Source: Pyrinomonadaceae bacterium (GTDB taxonomy: Bacteria > Acidobacteriota > Blastocatellia > Pyrinomonadales > Pyrinomonadaceae). From it: a stretch of DNA of 27,451 nt. Shown one piece after another: positions 26,727 to 27,451 of the stretch. The notes beneath the pieces are model-generated. The model did no database searches, was not told the DNA's origin, and saw only the letters and a program-made list of their open reading frames with translations. Every line of letters starts with the position of its first letter. Within the stretch, counting starts at the first letter, position 1. The position numbers and the translations under genes were made by a program. The stretch is from the NCBI GenBank assembly GCA_041498935.1, contig JBGQJH010000001.1, positions 1-27,451 of the forward strand. The letters are read 5' to 3'.

Positions 26727-26936
26727 GAGCCATCGAAGATGGCGGCAGAGTGTAGCCCCGGGCGTAAGCCCGGGGTTCAGTCGCCCATGAATCCTGAGCC
26801 CGCTTTAGCGGGCGACAGACGGCTTGACCAAAGACGGATGTCCATTTTTTGTCGCCCCTCCGGGGCTTGGAATCATTTCAGGCTGTCCCCGGGCTTACGC
26901 CCGGGGCTACTTTCTTCCGCCCGCTCTCGCGGGCTC
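26727..26936. repeat. Composite REP/REPIN-like palindromic element
   Basis: Perfect 24-bp inverted repeat gtagccccgggcgtaagcccgggg (26752-26775) / ccccgggcttacgcccggggctac (26887-26910). Smaller gccc/gcc..ggc-type hairpins lie at both ends and inside. Confidence 0.85.
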
Positions 26937-27067
26937 GTTGAATGCCAGTCGTTTGAGTAGAGTCTTGCGTCGCGAGTATTCTGTAGTATCGGAAACTCTC
27001 CGAGCTCGGTCGTTCTGCAGGTTTGGCTCGCTCCTTCTTTGCAGATTCTTTTTTTGGAAAATTAGCG

Positions 27068-27451
27068 ATGGTCACCACAATCCAACAAGGCGCTGAATCA
27101 AAGATTCGCTTAATTATGAGGCTCTACCAGAGCGTTCGCGCGCGGACGATGCAGCTCGTCGCGCCGCTGGAGATTGAAGACTACGTGATTCAGACCGCGG
27201 AGTTTATGAGTCCGCCGCGTTGGCACATTGGGCACACGTCCTGGTTTTTTGAGACGCTGCTGCAAGCTCACCAACCCGGCTATAAAGTTTATTCCGAGGA
27301 GTATCTTTTTTATTTCAATTCGTACTATGAAGGGTTCGGCGAACGAATAGCGCGGCCCAAGCGTGGGACCCGTTCGCGGCCGACAGTTAAGGACACGGTC
27401 GCGTATCGCCAACACGTTGACGAACAGATGCTCGCGTTTCTCCAGTCACTC
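27068..27451 (+). CDS. egtB: EgtB-family sulfoxide synthase, N-terminal DinB-like domain (partial, runs off the window end)
   Basis: Open frame from ATG 27068 (alternative 27116): [73 protein letters not shown]. This matches EgtB SPxKWHLAHTTWFFE and FNSYY motifs. Missing from the ORF track because it has no stop. Confidence 0.85.
   Translation, partial: MVTTIQQGAESKIRLIMRLYQSVRARTMQLVAPLEIEDYVIQTAEFMSPPRWHIGHTSWFFETLLQAHQPGYKVYSEEYLFYFNSYYEGFGERIARPKRGTRSRPTVKDTVAYRQHVDEQMLAFLQSL

Overview
Bacterial chromosomal window, probably Acidobacteriota (Blastocatellia/Pyrinomonadaceae-like). This is inferred from the GWxTD protein, the gene set and the dense intergenic palindromic repeats; it was not computed. 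It carries about 25 CDSs: GWxTD protein, tatC/tatB, ATP-dependent DNA ligase, TPR-Fis regulator, SurA-like/DsbA fusion, ABC1 kinase, DDAH, PilZ, two methyltransferases, msrPQ, DASS transporter, AlkD-like protein, DUF3052, Zn-finger/wHTH protein, bcp, EVE, VOC, DUF72, alpha/beta hydrolase, selD and a partial egtB-like gene. The ORF track breaks two genes at in-frame TGA codons that are almost certainly selenocysteine: an exported peroxiredoxin and selD, each with a SECIS-like hairpin. The best candidate for an undescribed system is a 75-aa secreted peptide gene divergent from a TPR + C-terminal Fis-HTH regulator. An 18-bp palindrome overlaps the peptide gene's sigma70-like promoter, and the layout resembles RRNPP/Rgg peptide signalling but in a probable diderm. 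Several REP/MITE-like families fill the intergenic spaces, including a MITE with a 9-bp target-site duplication. No tRNA, rRNA, CRISPR array or transposase was found.
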